From Acidobacteriota bacterium (GTDB lineage: Bacteria; Acidobacteriota; UBA6911; RPQK01; JADFOI01), in contig OY760074.1 of NCBI GenBank assembly GCA_963663035.1, positions 2,464,001 to 2,528,000 of the forward strand: DNA of 64,000 bases, in the 5' to 3' direction. A program made the position numbers and the translations under genes. Below the pieces are notes generated by a model. That model was not told the DNA's origin, searched no databases, and saw only the letters and a list, made by a program, of their open reading frames with translations. Position 1 is the first letter of the stretch. Each line of letters starts with the position of its first letter. Positions 60,901-64,000 of the stretch are shown in pieces.

Positions 60901-61163
60901 TCAACTGACTGAAACCCTCTATAAGAGGCGGAAATCTCATAGTTCCCCGGGGGCAGCCTCAAGAATTCGTACTGTCCCTCTTCGTCCGTGGAGACGGAGT
61001 GGATGCGTCCATTCTCTTGATCATGCGCCTGCAGCAGGACACCTGGGATGACGCCTCCCGAAGCATCGCGGACCTGGCCCGAAACTTGAGCAGCGGGGGA
61101 CTGTGCCCACATGAAAGGCAGCGGCAAGAGGAGCACTAGACTCAAAAAAATGATTTTTCTCAT
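57987..61163 (-). CDS. TonB-dependent receptor, Oar-like with carboxypeptidase-regulatory N-domain
   Basis: GQVRDASGGVIPG, LPINGR, DSVQEF, LDARNFF, NFAPRLGLAW, terminal RQLQLGLRYTF. Confidence 0.93.
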   Translation of the reverse strand: MRKIIFLSLVLLLPLPFMWAQSPAAQVSGQVRDASGGVIPGVLLQAHDQENGRIHSVSTDEEGQYEFLRLPPGNYEISASYRGFQSVEQKNLSLSAGQAISLDLTLEVQDAEQSITVVGEVAPLDLSSPHLSSLINEVSLSSLPINGRSLDSLALLAPGMIPVRAKDTRALNGTTAEISGNGARGTEYLLDGMDIQHPILKSTPGGVSGVLLGMDSVQEFEVLNDAYPAYLGGSGGATVSIITRRGTRDFHGSVFEYFRDSALDARNFFDRDPSNPTQRSDPPPLSRDQYGGSIGGPLPGQENTFFFSYEGLRERMGLTLFNTVPTDAARLGDLPSGSVTVSDDIKPLLNLYPRAVGRDFGDGSAEYVFQQQVPTDDQHFNARTDFRLGSNDSLFVRYTLQDSEKLAPFEVSIEGFDSDLNSRSQYLAVEETHLFSSRLLHTAQFAYNRGAYTSESVASTPELAATPPLIPSRPNMGRINIRGLTSFGTDTADVNFPFQQYQVSNGFQFTSGDHDLRWGFDWKHQTSAGDYKFFFDGLLVYENLEDFLTNVPQRFIGAQADADSHREYRQDLFALYVHDQYRWTPALSLSYGLRYEWFTVPTEKNDRISNLRNINDPAPTEGNPLFENPSLLNFAPRLGLAWNVGGNDRTVLRSGFGVFYEPIRENIFGYRVRIQSPFTTVRTTFRPPPQYPDPLGAGDGGNPRQDALEFNLSTPYVMRYHLLLQQSLGHQLVLRVGYFGSRGVHLPRVGDINIPAPQSVDPDGRLYFGTRPAARPNANLDAVRLTSTDANSIYNSLQVGLTRRWESGFQFLFNYTYGRSIDDASAYRREFTNSLPEATYYFDRSIDRGLSNFHIAHNAVLQYTWDLPGQFPQSSISGILLNDWQTAGIVTISSGYPFSANVSFDIVNNRVREGHRPDLVPGSDNNPVLWGPDNYFDVSSFTLQDEGHLGTLGRNSLIGPGFATLDVSATRSVQLSEQHGLQFRLEVFNLLNRANFSHPQNRGAGGGVIIFNDLDDECSVAPPDPACLGNGIPVGNAATIFSTTSSSRQLQLGLRYTF

Positions 61164-61355
61164 AATAACTCTCATCTTTCCTGTGACCTTATTCAGTTCT
61201 ACGAGATGACCTTTTCTGTTCTTACCTTTTTGTGTTCTGGTTCTACTGTTACTGCGTTCCTTTTGGGCGGCATGGTACAGGAAGGGTGTTATTTGGTCAA
61301 GAGACATCGACGCGGCCTGAGGCTCCTGCCACCCACTCCCAACACTCCCTAAAGA

Positions 61356-62246
61356 GTGATATATTGGTGCCCAGTGAAACCCTTATTTCGAATAGCCTCA
61401 GTTGGTAGCTTGACTCTTTTGCTGCTCAATTCCTGGACCATCTGCTGGGCCCAGGAACTGGAAACACCTCAGGCCCAGATCGGCTGGAAGGTGTTGATAG
61501 GAGCGGAACTGGTACTAGTCAAACTGCCCCCTGAAACGGCGCCGGTCCTTCCCTCCTGGGTGCCTCACGGTGAAAGGAGCGGAAGCCCTGACTCGATGCC
61601 TTCCTCCAGCGATTCAGAGTCGGCTCTGGCAGAGAGGATGAAGCTCTCACTCGAGCAGGCCATCCACATTGTGAACGGTTACCTTCCCCAAGATCTCGAG
61701 GGCGATTTCAAGCTGTGGATCTTTCAGGACATTCCCTATGCGGCCAAGACCTTGAGTCCTCAGCTGATTCTCTCAGCTGACGTGCTGAACTCTAAAAACT
61801 GGGAACGATTGCCCTTTGTACTCGCTCATGAGATTCATCATCTAGCCCTGATGCGGACTGGGTTTTTGAAAGCCCACCCCTCGGCCCGAGCCAGCATCTT
61901 AGCGGGACTCCTGACCGAAGGCGTTGCCACCTGGCTCTCCTATGCATCCGGTTTGTTTCCGGAACTGGATCAGATTCTGCAAGAACCTCAACAACTACAG
62001 GCAGCCTTCCACCGGATCCAACGAGCCCTGGACGAAGCAGCGGACGATGCTCCGGCCCGGTTGGATGATCTCTATGGCCAGAATAAGTGGGGCTACTATG
62101 TGGGGTGTCGGATGATCCAGCAAATTGAGGAGCGCTTTGGCAGAGAGGCCTGGCTTGCCTTGCTCAGCAAGTCTTCAGAGGAAGCCAATGAGGAACTCGT
62201 GCAACTTTACCTGGACACGAGTCCTCCCGCCGAATACCGGTTCTAG
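61356..62246 (+). CDS. Putative secreted Zn-dependent protease
   Basis: LAHEIHH, EGVAT and GYYVG..M motifs; signal-like N-terminus. Confidence 0.7.
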   Translation: MIYWCPVKPLFRIASVGSLTLLLLNSWTICWAQELETPQAQIGWKVLIGAELVLVKLPPETAPVLPSWVPHGERSGSPDSMPSSSDSESALAERMKLSLEQAIHIVNGYLPQDLEGDFKLWIFQDIPYAAKTLSPQLILSADVLNSKNWERLPFVLAHEIHHLALMRTGFLKAHPSARASILAGLLTEGVATWLSYASGLFPELDQILQEPQQLQAAFHRIQRALDEAADDAPARLDDLYGQNKWGYYVGCRMIQQIEERFGREAWLALLSKSSEEANEELVQLYLDTSPPAEYRF

Positions 62247-62446
62247 CCCGCATTTCTCACACCAGGTCGTCGCGAAGCGTAGAAAGGACCGGAAAACAGA
62301 GCCGTGGGCTTTAGCCCACGGGCCCGCAGGCTAAAGCCTGCGGCTCCGACTGGCGCGCGAGGGGTACCCGCTTGCGGGTCGCGCAACGCAGTCAGGTCGT
62401 GTCATTTCTACGATGCAGTAGACCTGGTGTGAGAAGTGCGGGCTCA
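62243..62446. repeat. Palindromic MITE-like element, copy D, with a nested REP doublet at 62297-62348
   Basis: GCCCGCATTTCTCACACCAGGTC...GACCTGGTGTGAGAAGTGCGGGC between two convergent stop codons. Confidence 0.85.
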
Positions 62447-63685
62447 GTTTTCTGACGGCTCTGACGGCTCTTCCAGCGAACGAAGCAGCTCAATGAGGGA
62501 ACGAATCCGGGCCGCGTCAGGGGCATCTGGCAGCACTTCAAGGTAGCGAGTGTAGTTTTCAACGGCTCGTGTGTGGTCTGCCAGGCGAAAGAAGATATCC
62601 CCCCGAAACTTGTAGGGGTCGGACAACTGCGCGTTCAACTCGGTGGCTCGATCGAACTCTCTGAGGGCACGACCAGAGTCTCCCTGCCTTGCCAGCAGCG
62701 CGCCCAGGTTGCTGTGGCATTCAGGAAAATTGTCGTCCAGCCTGACCGCCTCTTCCAGCGCCGCAAGAGCACTGGCTTGGTCTCCCAACTCGAGGTGACA
62801 CAGGCCAAGAATGTTTTGGGCCCGTGCCGAGCCAGGATCGATCTGGACCGCTTGCTGGGCGATGTTCAAGGCCTCCCCGGTGCTGCCGTCCCGCAAATAC
62901 AAAGCGGCCAACTCCACATAAGAAGGAATGAAGTTGGGGTTATTAGCGATTGTCTTTTTCAACTCGCTCTGCGCTGACAGACTATTCCCCTGGAGAAGAT
63001 TGGCCATCCCCAAGTTGTGCTGGGCCGGCGCAAAATCACTGTCAACTCGAAGAGCCTCCTGTAATTCACTTATGGCCCGACCAAACTGACCAAGACGGCT
63101 CAATGTAAACCCCAAGTTATTATAGGCATCGACGTAACTGGGCCGCACCTGTTTCGCCTTCATGAAAAACTCAGAGGATCGATGGTATTCCCCCTGTCTG
63201 TTGTAGACAATTCCCAGCGAGTTGTAGGCCTCAGCGAGATTGGGATCCAGTTCAATGGCCCTCTCCAGATGGGAGATAGCTCTCCTGTAGAATTGAGCGA
63301 CATTCATCCGGTGGGCCTGGACGGAGTACAAGATACCCAGGTTGGAATGGGCCGCGGCAAAATCCGCTTGCAGATCCAGAGCAGCCTCATAGGCTTCTGT
63401 GGCCCTGCCGTAGTCTGCTTTCTCAAAGTAGACCGCCCCCAGATTATTGTAGGCCTCGGCAAACTGGTTATCCAGGCGAACGGCCTCCCGATATTCATCC
63501 AGCGCCTGGTTCAACTCTCCCTCTTGCTGAAAGTTCGCTCCCTGGAAGAAATGGACGATGGCACGAATCTGCACCGCGGGCTGAAGGTTGTTTTGTGCTG
63601 CCGGGGGCTGGGGAGCGCCCAACAGGGTCAGCGAAGGCCACAACCCACAAAAGATCAGTAATTTCAAGAGAAAGTATCTAGGCAT
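62444..63685 (-). CDS. Secreted TPR-repeat protein
   Basis: About ten AEAYNNLG-type 34-aa repeats; signal peptide. Confidence 0.92.
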   Translation of the reverse strand: MPRYFLLKLLIFCGLWPSLTLLGAPQPPAAQNNLQPAVQIRAIVHFFQGANFQQEGELNQALDEYREAVRLDNQFAEAYNNLGAVYFEKADYGRATEAYEAALDLQADFAAAHSNLGILYSVQAHRMNVAQFYRRAISHLERAIELDPNLAEAYNSLGIVYNRQGEYHRSSEFFMKAKQVRPSYVDAYNNLGFTLSRLGQFGRAISELQEALRVDSDFAPAQHNLGMANLLQGNSLSAQSELKKTIANNPNFIPSYVELAALYLRDGSTGEALNIAQQAVQIDPGSARAQNILGLCHLELGDQASALAALEEAVRLDDNFPECHSNLGALLARQGDSGRALREFDRATELNAQLSDPYKFRGDIFFRLADHTRAVENYTRYLEVLPDAPDAARIRSLIELLRSLEEPSEPSEN

Positions 63686-63847
63686 AACGTTCTCCCCCTT
63701 CTCAGTAGAACTCGAATCGAGTCGATCCTGCTTTTCTACAGCTCCCAGAGTGTCTGCCTTTGAGGGAAGTCATCCCCTCCAGGGCAGGAGAGCCAGGCTG
63801 GCTCATGTTAACCCGTTTCCACCCGCTGAGACAAATTTATTTCCCTA

Positions 63848-64000
63848 TAACCCGCATTATGCATAGGTTTTCGTAGCGAAGTGGCGCAAGCGCCGCGACG
63901 ACAAGGCGTGCGAGGGGTACCCGCTTGCGGGTCGCGCCCCGCAGGTGTACTCGTGCAGTACGCCGAGGAGCGCAAGGAAGCACAACGCCGTCAGCGTGGA
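63848..64000. repeat. Palindromic MITE-like element, copy E (runs off the window)
   Basis: CCCGCATTATGCATAGGTTTTCGT... with the same core as copies A and B. Confidence 0.85.

Overview
Bacterial chromosomal window, probably from an Acidobacteriota-like genome (inferred from the Oar-type TonB receptor and the repeat families). 1-31.4 kb is a large surface-polysaccharide locus: six GT4 enzymes including two tandem paralog pairs, GT2, GT-C, three methyltransferases, two AsnB-type amidotransferases, a B12 radical SAM, Wzx, Wzy/WaaL-like, Wzc, Gmd/Rmd, HD-GYP and an ExeA-like ATPase. Its export half carries independent lesions (8-bp duplication in wzy, IS plus deletion in wza, nonsense codon in the ATPase, Gly-to-Arg in Gmd). 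32.6-35.7 kb is a RiPP-like operon: a SPASM radical SAM, an unannotated 59-aa three-Cys precursor ending in Ser, an HPr-kinase-like enzyme and a nucleotidyltransferase cut by an IS. 35.7-43.1 kb is an IS-bracketed defence islet (type I RM, two toxin-antitoxin pairs, IS-end remnants). Downstream lie AtuA, a hidden UxxC selenoprotein with a SECIS-like hairpin, PilM, an MshEN-PilB and a truncated PilX-like gene. Next is a beta-helix protein split by a 2.9-kb cargo-carrying IS1595 element with a tRNA-like sequence, followed by ubiX, a TonB receptor, a Zn-protease-like protein and a TPR protein. The window also holds four near-identical 1267-bp IS3 copies, a palindromic MITE-like family whose ends coincide with stop codons, and REP-like hairpins. 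All calls come from reading motifs by eye; no database searches were run.
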